From Histomonas meleagridis 2922-C6/04-290x (taxonomy: Eukaryota > Protista > Parabasalia): a stretch of DNA of 64,000 bases. This document shows positions 41,619 through 51,989 of this stretch, piece by piece. The position numbers and the translations under genes are program-made. The stretch is from assembly GCA_020184695.1 (NCBI GenBank), contig JAANOX010000126.1:248001-312000 (forward strand), written 5' to 3'. Every line of letters starts with the position of its first letter. Within the stretch, counting starts at the first letter, position 1. A model generated the notes under the pieces. It searched no databases and was not told the origin of the DNA. It saw only the letters and a program-made list of their open reading frames with translations.

Positions 41619-43667
41619 ATGGAAATCCCACCTCCTCCCCCTCCACCAAATATAGTTCCAGATGAAATCATTACAATTGAGAAATTGTTTATAGAATTAA
41701 GTGAAAATAATCTTGAGTCAACAGCTAAACACGTTTCAGAACTTATTGAAGTTGATCCAATTTGTCCTTTATTTTACGAATTTTATATTGCACAGTTTAT
41801 TTGTATGTTTTATTTAACACAAAATCAAAATGCAAATTTATGTATTTCATTTTTAAATCTATTAACAAATATAAAAAATTTAAATTTTTCGAAATTACTT
41901 GAAGTATTAACAATATATCTTTATATTGATATCTTTATCAAATAAATACTTATGAATCAGAACGTTTTCTTATAGAAATGAATAAGCATAAAATGATACC
42001 AACAAAGATTGCGTATTATGTGAAAAATATTGTAAATAAAGAAGAAAATAAAAAAGAAAATCATATGTTAAAAATTCTTCGAAATGATAAGATAGAAGAA
42101 TTACAAGAAATTTCAACACAAAATAATTTTAATTTTAACCAAGTACTTGATCAATCACTTTATGAAAACTATTCTTTTATTTATAATCAAAAAGAAAATG
42201 TTTCGTTAATTGATTTTTGTGCATTTTTTGGTTCTATTCAATGTTTTAAATATTTATTATTAAATGGAGCAAATGTAAAAAACACATTAAAATATGCTAT
42301 AGTGGGAGGAAATTTAGAAATTATTCATTTATGTGATCAAAACAATTCAACATTTAATGGGGTAATAGAAACAGCAATTCAATTTCATCAAAATGATATT
42401 TTTTATTATTATTATGATAAAAAAATGAATGAAATTGGACAAAGAAAAAACATAATTAACATAGATATAAATGTTTTAGGATTTTTATGTTTGCGATACT
42501 TTAATTATGAGATTTTATCCTTTTTACAAAAAGAAGGATCACCAGAAACAAATGTTTCACTCCAAGATGCATCATTAACATTCAATAATCTTCCGATTAT
42601 ACATATGTTTTTTAAAGGAAAAAAATTTCAAGAAAAACTTTTTTTCAAGCTTCTTGAAAATGGTAACCCTATAGTTGTGAAATGGTTCTTTAAACAAAAA
42701 TATGTTAATATTACTGATGCAAATATTAAATTTAATAATTGTATGTTTAAAATTTAAATTTTTTCAACTTACATTTGTTTGGGCAGCAAAAAATAATCAT
42801 TTGCAAGTTGTTAAATACTTGCTAAAACAAAAAGATGTCAATATTAATACTAAAAATTTTTATATATTTTACTTAATATTTGTATTGAGAATTTCAAATT
42901 TATAAAAAATTTTTGAACTTTATTTAAATTATCTAAAACAGCACTTATGAATGCATCTTGTGAAGGTCATACAGAAATCGTTAAATTACTTCTTGAACAA
43001 AAAGGAATTGATATTAATGCTAAAAATATTTATTTTATTAATTTTATATTCCAAAATAATATTTGGAAATTATTTAAATTATCTAAAACAGCACTTATTT
43101 TAGCATCTTTAAATGGTCATACAGAAATAGTTAAATTACTTCTTGAACAAGAAGGAATTGATATTAATGCTAAAAATATTTATTTTTTTTAATTAGAATT
43201 TATTTTAATAATTTTTTATTTCAAAATAATATTTGGAAATTATTTATATTATTTGAAACAGCACTTATGATTGCATCATCAAATGGTTATACAGAAATAG
43301 TTAAATTACTTCTTGAACAAAAAGGAATTGATATTAACGATAAAGATATTATTTATTTTAATAATTTGATATTTCAAAATAATATTTGAAAATTATTTAT
43401 ATTATTTGAAACAGCACTTATGATTGCATCATCAAATGGTTATACAGAAATAGTTAAATTACTTCTTGAACAAAAAGGAATTGATATTAATGCTAAAGAT
43501 ATTTATTTGAAATTGGTCATCAAAAAATCAATAAGACATCTTCTGTTGCTGCAGGTGTTTGTGTTGTTGTTGCTGTTATTGTCGCATGTGCTGTGGCAGG
43601 ATTCTTTATTTTCCGTTCACAAAGAAAGGCGAAAGTAATTGAAGAAGAAGATCCTATAGAAGCATAA
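41619..43667 (+). CDS. Locus D: DUF3447-type ankyrin gene with T-rich inserts and a possible C-terminal TM anchor
   Basis: Inr TCACT at 41603, ATG at 41619; ORF 41978-42757 (IDFCAFFGSIQCFKYLLLNGA); repeat starts at 42635, 42768, 42938, 43088, 43258, 43411; TM-coding frame 43515-43667. Confidence 0.65.
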
Positions 43668-44109
43668 ATGAATAAACAGTTTCATGACTTGAAACGCATA
43701 AATTTTCTTTATTTTATAATTCATTCATTTAATAAAAATAAAAAAAATTCAATGAAAATTCAATTCGAAATTTACAAAAAATCTATGAACAGATGCGTTG
43801 AATCTGTTTGATGTTTGGTCTTGCAGGTTTTTGGAAATATAAGTTTATTGGGTGTAAATATCCATCATTTCATAACAATGTTCATTTGTAAAAATTTTAA
43901 ATATACATACAGTTTCAAGACAAGAAAGAACGCAACTTATGTTAACATAATGAATTTTATTTCATTTTTTTTGATTAAATTATTTTAATGAAATGTAAAA
44001 AATAATTTTTGTAAATTTGATGTCACTTTTGGTGAAATTATAGACCAAATAAGGACAGAAAAAACATGAATTAAAAAATGGCAATATCTTTATTTTGTGC
44101 TTATAAGAT

Positions 44110-44342
44110 AGAGTATAAATTACCAAACACTCCAATCAAACTAAAATATATTACGTGATATTTTAAATAACACACCATCCGAATGGAATTTTCTTACGAA
44201 AACAATTGTAGTAGTATTAGGTATCGCTGGAGGATTGGATTATTTACATGAGAATAATATCGCACATTGTCATCTTGATGCTATAGCATATACATACGCT
44301 CATATCTATATAGAAATAGTCAAATTACTTTGTAATAAATAA
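44110..44342 (+). pseudogene. Protein kinase (TKL-like) fragment
   Basis: LRDILNNTPSEWNFLTKTIVVVLGIAGGLDYLHENNIAHCHL corresponds to subdomains V-VIa; the rest of the kinase domain is absent. Confidence 0.55.
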
Positions 44343-44657
44343 TAATAATATTATTTTGCATATCAATTTTGTTAATATAGAAATTAAATTCTTCGATGTT
44401 AACCTAATTACATAGGAAAAATTGGTAACAGTATTGAACCATAAACAAAATTGATAATAAATTAATAATAATAAATATTTTGTTTCTATAAAAATGATTT
44501 TTCAATAACCGATTAATCCAAAGTGTTTTAGACTCATTATCCATCGTTGACGAAACATAAGCATTAAATTCGTTGGCAAAAACGAAATTTCATGTAAAAA
44601 TAAACCATTCAAATTATTTCAATACTCTACAAAAAGTACGTTACATTATTCTATTTA

Positions 44658-45554
44658 TTAATGTGCAGGATGTAACTTCACAGAACCTTTCCTGTTTGCA
44701 TTGAATCCACTAAGCTCACCGCGGTAAATACCATCTCTTGCAATATTCTTCTTTTGATGAGTCTTATTATATTTATGCATTGCATGTGCATATTGTAATC
44801 TTCTACGCGATCTGGGCGGCTTCTTCGCATTATGTTTGTTGGGATCAATGATTTGGTTCTTAAGGATATTACGCGTGACAGCTCTAAATTCGCCGTCTTT
44901 AATCGTGCGAAGTTGAACTGGAATATGTTTCGTTTCTTCAACTGGTTGTTCATTTGCTTCTTCTTCCTCCTCTTCGATTGCTTCAATGACCTCTTCTTCT
45001 TCAACTGGTGTGTCAACGCCCAAAAGCGATTTGATTTGTTCGATGTGTCTTAATGCTGGATGATGTGATGACTTAAAACCAGAAGCAACCATATGAAGAT
45101 AAAAACACCCGTTGGTAACAAGGCTATACAGAAGTTGTTTTCGTGCTTGGTCAGCTACAGTGTCGTTAAATTCAAATTGCAATTCACGACTTGCATCTGT
45201 TATATCACGAATAACATTCCTAACAGTCCTTTCAAGATTACGTCTCTGTTCTGCATCGAGCTTTGCTTCAAGATCAGTGATCGAAGATGGAACTTCAAGT
45301 GGTTTTGTGAAATGCTTGACATTTCCAAAGATCTTGAAGTTTTTCTGATCAAGAGTAGCAAGGTGTTGATTTTCCTTTTCAATAGCTTCTTCAACTAAGT
45401 GCTCTTCGTCACTTTCTGATCCAGAGTCACCATCTTCAAAATATAATTTTTTGTTTCTTCCCCAATTTGTGTTTATTTGCATAACAGGTACTTCGTCGCC
45501 TGTTACATTTGGTCTCCTACGTCTTGTTCTCTTTTTCCGACCACTCTTCATCAA
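44658..45554 (-). CDS. UTP3: Sas10/Utp3 U3 snoRNP (SSU processome) protein
   Basis: LVTNGCFYLHM (Sas10/C1D-like) and C-terminal PPRSRRRLQY...YRGELSGF...SVKL. Confidence 0.75.
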   Translation of the reverse strand: MMKSGRKKRTRRRRPNVTGDEVPVMQINTNWGRNKKLYFEDGDSGSESDEEHLVEEAIEKENQHLATLDQKNFKIFGNVKHFTKPLEVPSSITDLEAKLDAEQRRNLERTVRNVIRDITDASRELQFEFNDTVADQARKQLLYSLVTNGCFYLHMVASGFKSSHHPALRHIEQIKSLLGVDTPVEEEEVIEAIEEEEEEANEQPVEETKHIPVQLRTIKDGEFRAVTRNILKNQIIDPNKHNAKKPPRSRRRLQYAHAMHKYNKTHQKKNIARDGIYRGELSGFNANRKGSVKLHPAH

Positions 45555-45684
45555 TCTGAGGTCAGAAGAAACCGTTTAATTCAATGTCTGTTTATTTTTG
45601 AATGAAATACGATCAATTTATTCTCAAAAATAAATATCGAAATGATTAAAAGTAAAACACAATTTATTATATCATTAATATTGC

Positions 45685-47064
45685 TTATTCAGGTGGAACT
45701 TTTGGTATTAAGTGACCAGCTTCATTAAAAACGTACAAGCTATAAGAAAATGTTGCGTTTTCCAAGGATAAATATTTTAACCATTTATTTAATCCCTCCA
45801 AACTTAACATATTTTTCTTTACTTTTGTCGGGTCCTGTGTGTATAATCCGCAAACAGTTCCATTACAATCGAAATTCATTTTTTCCAAAAATTTCAAATC
45901 CTTTAAATTTTTCTTTGTCAACAAAACATTTTCAATGAAAGAAGAATCGAAATCGAATTCATCATCATCAACACTAATATAATTTCTACCAAATTTACCA
46001 CTTACAGAAGGTAATTTATCATTCATAAGCTGCTGGCACTTTTCGGTTAATTTTGATGCGATTTTGTTTACATTTGGAAACTCTTCTTTATCAAGAGAAT
46101 TAAGTAAAGGAATTAGTTGGCAAAGTGATGAGTGGAATCGAGTGTGAGTAGTATCAGCTACAGATAAAATTGTTTTTAAGTTAGTTTGATCAAATTTATT
46201 CTCAAACCATTTGATGATTTCGGATGTTTCTTTTTGTGGGTTATATAAATGCGTTCGAAGCAAGTTCGAAAAGAATCCAACACTATTCGACGTGAGACCT
46301 GAAAGATTACGTGTTACTGAACATGTAGATGTGGAAAGGAATAATACGGGCAAATTATTGTAATCATGTATCAACTTGTTTATACATGAGAAGTAATTGT
46401 TTACGTGTTTCGAATATTTGGAAATTTTGGTGAGTTTTGTAAGAGCTGTGAATTCAAGTGGAAAACCACTAGAATCACTTAATGTCGTACCGGATATCCA
46501 TGGATACGGCTTAGAGGAACCTGCTTTGCCATGGATTAATGGATTTGGAATTTGACTATTAAATGCAGATAGTGAGATTTGAGCGCATTCTACTGCTTTT
46601 TCAAGAAATACTCGATCTGATGATAAAGAATATGCACTTATCAAACCACCAATGACATGCGTAATAAGATCATGCGTCGAAATAAAATGGTTGATGTTTG
46701 CACAGCTAAATGATTCTGTAACATAATCTCTAAGCTGTTCATACTCTTTGGATGCACCAATAATTAATGCAGTGTCTAATGAATCAATAGCTGTCAAAGA
46801 CATGTAACTTTGATTTAAACATTGTTTCGTAATTGGTTGATAATAATCACTACCCAAACAATTGTTAACATAGGATTGAATTGACGTTAATGCGAGATTG
46901 TAAATATAAGAATTTGTTTTAATTGCGTCAACATTTCCTAAATAAAATGATAAAGCATCAACTTTTGGAGAAGGCAACATTGGGGCTGGAGCTTTGGATA
47001 ACAAGAAAAATGAGATGCATGAAATTATCAGAATTTCTATAAGGAAAGGTATCAGTGCCCTCAT
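45685..47064 (-). CDS. Glycoside hydrolase family 47 (class I alpha-1,2-mannosidase)-like protein with a degenerate active site
   Basis: N-terminal signal anchor; MSLTAIDSLDT, IGGLISAYSLSSDRVFLEKA, LEFTALTKLT, WLKYLSL, FNEAGH. Confidence 0.8.
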   Translation of the reverse strand: MRALIPFLIEILIISCISFFLLSKAPAPMLPSPKVDALSFYLGNVDAIKTNSYIYNLALTSIQSYVNNCLGSDYYQPITKQCLNQSYMSLTAIDSLDTALIIGASKEYEQLRDYVTESFSCANINHFISTHDLITHVIGGLISAYSLSSDRVFLEKAVECAQISLSAFNSQIPNPLIHGKAGSSKPYPWISGTTLSDSSGFPLEFTALTKLTKISKYSKHVNNYFSCINKLIHDYNNLPVLFLSTSTCSVTRNLSGLTSNSVGFFSNLLRTHLYNPQKETSEIIKWFENKFDQTNLKTILSVADTTHTRFHSSLCQLIPLLNSLDKEEFPNVNKIASKLTEKCQQLMNDKLPSVSGKFGRNYISVDDDEFDFDSSFIENVLLTKKNLKDLKFLEKMNFDCNGTVCGLYTQDPTKVKKNMLSLEGLNKWLKYLSLENATFSYSLYVFNEAGHLIPKVPPE

Positions 47065-47300
47065 TATAAAGACCGTTAAAAATAAACGTTCTATATAATT
47101 GACATTGTCCGTTTGGAAAATATATTGAATACAAATTTATTTTTTCTACTTTGTATTTCATCTTCTATGTATTTTTGTGGCTAAAAAAAATATTACTCTC
47201 AAACTCGTTTTTTATTTATTTTTAAGGTAGATGATTTATGTAACTAATTTTTTAAAAAGTTGATAAATATGCATACATTTTTTATTATTTTCTATTTGTA

Positions 47301-47633
47301 TTATTGAATTTCCATTGATGATTGGTAACGATCAACAAATGTTGAACATAATTTTGTGTATTTTTCAGTCAATTGATCAATTCTTTGCTTAACATACAAA
47401 TCTTTCAACTGTTTAACTTGCTCTTCATTCAAAAGTATTTCACCATCATCTGTTTCTTGAGTTTCCCAAAAATCGGGAACTTTTAATTTATCAATATCAA
47501 ATGGTCTTGGAATCTCAGATGGATCAGGAAGCACTGAAGTAGAAACTGTTTTCTTCGACTGATGTCCAGTCTGTGATGAATAATTTATTTCTGCGAAATT
47601 TTTTTTTGGAAAAAGAATAGCACTGGTGTTCAT
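47301..47633 (-). CDS. Hypothetical protein, 110 aa
   Basis: ATG-initiated ORF with ordinary composition between two real genes. Confidence 0.45.
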   Translation of the reverse strand: MNTSAILFPKKNFAEINYSSQTGHQSKKTVSTSVLPDPSEIPRPFDIDKLKVPDFWETQETDDGEILLNEEQVKQLKDLYVKQRIDQLTEKYTKLCSTFVDRYQSSMEIQ

Positions 47634-47712
47634 TGCCTTGACACTTTTTGAGTAAGTTCTAAAACGAACGTTTGTTTACAGTTAAAAAAAAAGTGAAAAC
47701 CGTTTACTTTGC

Positions 47713-48909
47713 ATGATTGTTGTCTACGCAAGTAGTCATGGCTGGGGACATAACATTCGTGTTTTATCAATCTTGAATGAACTTTATAATTACCCATTAG
47801 AAATAGTTACAACAGCACCAGATTATTTGATATATTCTTCATTACAAAAAAAGAGATCAAAACCTTTAACAATTAGACATTTAAAAACAGACCCTGGATG
47901 CGTCCAATCAGATCCTTTCACTATAGATGTAGAGAAAACAGTTGCTGCTTGGGAAGAAACTATTGCAAATGAAGATAAATTACTTGAAGAAGAAATAAAA
48001 ATCCTTCAGCCTAAACAAGTTCGTCTTGTGATATCAGACATTTCTTACTTTGGCCAATTAGTTGCCGAAAAATTAAATGTTCCTTCTATATGTATTTCAA
48101 CTTTTGATTGGGCATTCATTCTCAAAGATTACATTAAAGAACATCCAGGCCTTGCCAAAGCCATTGACCATGTCCAAGAAATTTCTGCAAGATTTGATCA
48201 TTGCATAATTCCAGGATCAGTTTGTAAACCACTTAATATTGGAAAGAAGCAAGTTAATTTCCATTGGACATGTCGCAAGCCTCTTATGTCCAAAACCGAG
48301 ATGCGTCAAAAACTCGGATTATTATTACACCATGATTCCGTTCTTCTCACTTTCGGTGGCCACTCCATCATGAAGCTTCCACAGAGCGTTTGGCAAACCT
48401 TTGAGAATTTCCAATTTTTTGTTCTTGTTCCTGATGGTGAATTTCACCAACCGCCGGCCGATAACGTTCACCTTCTATCGAGTGCTGAATGGTCTAAGTA
48501 TCATGTTGATCTTGTTAACACAGTTGATATAGTCTTTGGTAAGTTAGGGTATGGGCTTGTATCGGAAGCATTGTTATGTAAGACAACTGTTTTATGTGTT
48601 GAAAGAAAAGGAAATCCAGAAGGACAAATTTTACGCGATCAATTAAGAATTGTTGTTCCTTACGAAGAGATAACGGAAGAACAATTCTTAAATGGAGAAT
48701 GGCATGCACTGAATAGATTGGTAGAGATTTATAGAACAAATGAAGAATATTCAGATATTCCTGTGGATGGAGAAATACAAGCAGCAAAGTACATTAGAGA
48801 CGTACTCGGTGATAAGGAGCCTTTGAATATTAATGTCGATATGAAGAAATTGGCGATTTTGGTACTTTTGGTTTCAGTTTTGTTCTATTTCTTCTTCTTA
48901 AGAAAATAA
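47713..48909 (+). CDS. GT-B fold glycosyltransferase-like protein (similar to the arabinokinase N-terminal domain / bacterial GT1-like proteins) with a C-terminal TM anchor
   Basis: YASSHGWGHNIR, LVISDISY, VLLTFGG, DLVNTVDIVFGKLGYGLVSEAL; hydrophobic tail LAILVLLVSVLFYFFFLRK. Confidence 0.7.
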   Translation: MIVVYASSHGWGHNIRVLSILNELYNYPLEIVTTAPDYLIYSSLQKKRSKPLTIRHLKTDPGCVQSDPFTIDVEKTVAAWEETIANEDKLLEEEIKILQPKQVRLVISDISYFGQLVAEKLNVPSICISTFDWAFILKDYIKEHPGLAKAIDHVQEISARFDHCIIPGSVCKPLNIGKKQVNFHWTCRKPLMSKTEMRQKLGLLLHHDSVLLTFGGHSIMKLPQSVWQTFENFQFFVLVPDGEFHQPPADNVHLLSSAEWSKYHVDLVNTVDIVFGKLGYGLVSEALLCKTTVLCVERKGNPEGQILRDQLRIVVPYEEITEEQFLNGEWHALNRLVEIYRTNEEYSDIPVDGEIQAAKYIRDVLGDKEPLNINVDMKKLAILVLLVSVLFYFFFLRK

Positions 48910-49535
48910 ATAACTACAAATACAGTAAAAATTTAATAAATTTATTTGCTTATAATGAAATCATCAATATGTTTTATTAATTGATTACAACATATTTTGA
49001 ATCAATGTTTTAGATATTTACCAATATATGGAGCAAATATGAAGAATATGTAAATTTGTAATTGCAGGAAACTTAAAGATAATTCATTTATGCAAACAAA
49101 ATCATTCATTATTTGAAGGGAAATTTGAACCAAATAACATATATAAATGTTTTCTATGACAAAAAACATGTAATATTTTTGTGAATCATTTGTAGAATAT
49201 TTATATCATTAAATTTAATCATAATATTATTTTTTTATTGTTACACAATATCAGGTTGAAATTGATCTAATTCTAGAGTTGATTTTTTTTGATAATCAAC
49301 AACAGCATACTAACTATGATTGATTAATATTAAATATATGAATATAAAAATAATTAATATAATAAAAAAAAAGTATTCAAAAACAATACCGTAACAAATG
49401 TACATTGTATCTCTTCTAAAACAATAATATATCATTTGATTTGCAATTTATAATATATTCAAAAACATTCGTTAAACGAAAAATTTAATTTCATTTCCTT
49501 AAAGTCACGTTACAAATCGAGAAAAATAACAAAAT

Positions 49536-51572
49536 TTATTGTATAGAAAGTGACGTCATCAGTGCCTTTGACACACTCTGTGAAACGGATCCGTTCGTGA
49601 GCATTTGCTTCCTTTCCTCCTTCGGCGCGGTCAGCACGTTGTACACGTCGGCCAAGTTCTGATTAAATTTCAGCGATTCGAGCGAAAACACTTTCAACAA
49701 ATCTCTGATATACGCAATGTCCTTCGCCAAGATTTGCTGTCCTCTATTCGACAACTTCGGAATCAAAATTATTTCTTTCGAATATTCCTGAAGTACGATA
49801 TTTGCATTTTGTACAAACCAATTATTAACTAAACTTTGTGACAATTCTTGGACTTCACTTAATTGACTTGATAAATCTAAAAATGTTTTGCCAATACTAA
49901 CAATATAAGATGAAGTTGGTATAGGTTCATCTGTATCGTCCATGTTCCAGGATGCCCCGTCATGTAAACCCTTTAAAAAGTTAACAGCGATAGATGACGA
50001 TAGACTGATGATATGTGTTTCAATAACCGTTTTTAATTGGTCAATTGACAAATTTCCGATTTCAGCAAAATTTCCAATTTTTGACGCAGTCTCTTCTAAT
50101 GTAATTAATCTTTTTCCGAGTGATTCTTCAAATACATATAATTTAATGAAGTCATTTAATGTTTCGGTGTAATTATTTTCATCTTCGTTGACATTTTTCT
50201 CTTTTGATTCAAGCTCATCATTAATATCTTGAGTTGTCATTGCAATCGAATGTTGGACAAAACTAATCACTAATTTGATACATCGAATTGGGTCTTTAGC
50301 CAAAACTTTAATCCAATTAAGAGAATTCTCGGCTGCGGTTATACAATTTGGAAATGTTTCTTTTTGAAACACAGGCGTAGCTTCTACAACAGTTTGTAAT
50401 GAGTCTACTGATTCTGTGTGACGTGGTGATGTTCTTGAAGCTCGATTCATATTATCCATTGTATTTGATTTTGGCATTTGTTTTGTTTTCCGTGAGATAA
50501 TCGATGTCAAATATGATTGGAGCTTATCATGGAACAAGTTCTGCACGTTACTAATGCATTCATAGAGAAACACTTCTTTTTTGATATTCCAATCAACGGG
50601 GAAACCGTTAACGGTGTCAGAAATTACATTAAAAAGTGACACCAATTCAGAGAATGAATTTGTTCGAAGTAATTTCTTGAAATGCGGATCAACGTATGGC
50701 GTTAAGATGTTGGAAACAATTTTAACGAGGTCTACTCTAAGGGAAGGTTGGAAAAATGATGGCTTTAAGTTCAGACACCATTGTGAAAATTTGGTGATTT
50801 GTGACGAGATTTGATGAAGACATGGCTTAAGCCAATCCGTAAGTGATAGTTGACCATCATCAAAATCATCAACAATCTTTTTGACCTTTTGCTCAAAGGT
50901 TGAAAGTGTTACTGTGTTTAAAAGATAATCAGCTTGAAGAAGATGAGCAAGTTCAATACCACGAGAAAATAATGTGCTGTTGAGCTTTGAACATGAGGAT
51001 TCAAGCTCAGGTCGGATACGTGTGACTAAAACTTTTTGGATGCTTTCGAGTTTGGTAGTAATTGATTCGAATTTGTTAATTGAGGAAAGAGAATCTGCAG
51101 CATGAGATACACTTTGGAATTGACGACAGAGAGATTCAATGTCACCAGTTGAGGCAGCTGTTTGTAATTGTTGAATGTCTTTTTCGATTTCAATTCCATG
51201 TTTGAGTTTTTCAGATGCATCACGAAGCTTATCTCTCTTGATTTGAAGACTACCAAGAGCATCGACTTTTTCGTTGACGTTTCCTGTTTTGAATTTATAG
51301 CCACTGTTGGTTAATGTTCGAAGTGAATTAGAAAGATCATCAACTGTATTACCTATTCGTGATAAATTAGAGATGGAACTCGGAAGTTCTGAAACTAGAT
51401 TTTGGATAATTTGATCTGTCTCTTGTGAAATGCTTCGACTATTCATTTGTAATCGAGTAAGAAGTTGATTCACCACCTCCTCATATTGATTAGCTGTTTG
51501 CAAGTCTGGGCTGTTGAGATTTGCATTAATCCATTTATCAACATCAAATTCGTCTGAAGCAAAGTCATTCAT
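49536..51572 (-). CDS. COG7: Conserved oligomeric Golgi complex subunit 7
   Basis: MNDFASDEFDVDKWINANL...LLTRLQM...QNLVSELP; C-terminal PTSSYIVSIGKTFLDL and GQQILAKDIAYI. Start at ATG 51572. Confidence 0.75.
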   Translation of the reverse strand: MNDFASDEFDVDKWINANLNSPDLQTANQYEEVVNQLLTRLQMNSRSISQETDQIIQNLVSELPSSISNLSRIGNTVDDLSNSLRTLTNSGYKFKTGNVNEKVDALGSLQIKRDKLRDASEKLKHGIEIEKDIQQLQTAASTGDIESLCRQFQSVSHAADSLSSINKFESITTKLESIQKVLVTRIRPELESSCSKLNSTLFSRGIELAHLLQADYLLNTVTLSTFEQKVKKIVDDFDDGQLSLTDWLKPCLHQISSQITKFSQWCLNLKPSFFQPSLRVDLVKIVSNILTPYVDPHFKKLLRTNSFSELVSLFNVISDTVNGFPVDWNIKKEVFLYECISNVQNLFHDKLQSYLTSIISRKTKQMPKSNTMDNMNRASRTSPRHTESVDSLQTVVEATPVFQKETFPNCITAAENSLNWIKVLAKDPIRCIKLVISFVQHSIAMTTQDINDELESKEKNVNEDENNYTETLNDFIKLYVFEESLGKRLITLEETASKIGNFAEIGNLSIDQLKTVIETHIISLSSSIAVNFLKGLHDGASWNMDDTDEPIPTSSYIVSIGKTFLDLSSQLSEVQELSQSLVNNWFVQNANIVLQEYSKEIILIPKLSNRGQQILAKDIAYIRDLLKVFSLESLKFNQNLADVYNVLTAPKEERKQMLTNGSVSQSVSKALMTSLSIQ

Positions 51573-51989
51573 TTCCAAAGTACATTTTTCACTATGTTTG
51601 CTCGAATATTTCCTGTTCACATTTTTATTCTTTCTTTCTACAAGATTCATTAAATACCAGCACACAAATCATTTAAAAAGAGTGCTAGTAAATAATGAAT
51701 TGTTAATAATTCATGAATCATAAATCATGTAATTTTGGAAATTTAGATTTTTTAAAAAATCAACAAAATAGAACTTAACCAAATTTCAACGCATATCTTT
51801 CCACAAAATCATGTATAATAACTTGCCTATTATTAAATTTGCTTGTATGTTTTTTTGGGATTTGCTTTAGAGTTAGTACACTTTTTAGGCGCCAAAACAA
51901 CGTTAGGTTTGATTTAAATATTTCTATGAGATAATTCAATTTTTTTGGTTTTATCGACCAGATAAAAATACAAAATCTTTTCCAATAAA

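Noticed and set aside
7386-43500. Ordinary spliceosomal introns in the ankyrin genes
   Set aside because: No GT at the 5' ends, no ACTAAC...AG parabasalid 3' motif, and several inserts are only 17 nt; occasional AG near a 3' end (34161, 34552) has no matching donor.
7386-43500. Stop-codon reassignment explaining the broken ankyrin ORFs
   Set aside because: Most inserts also shift the frame, and all housekeeping genes end in standard stops with none internal.
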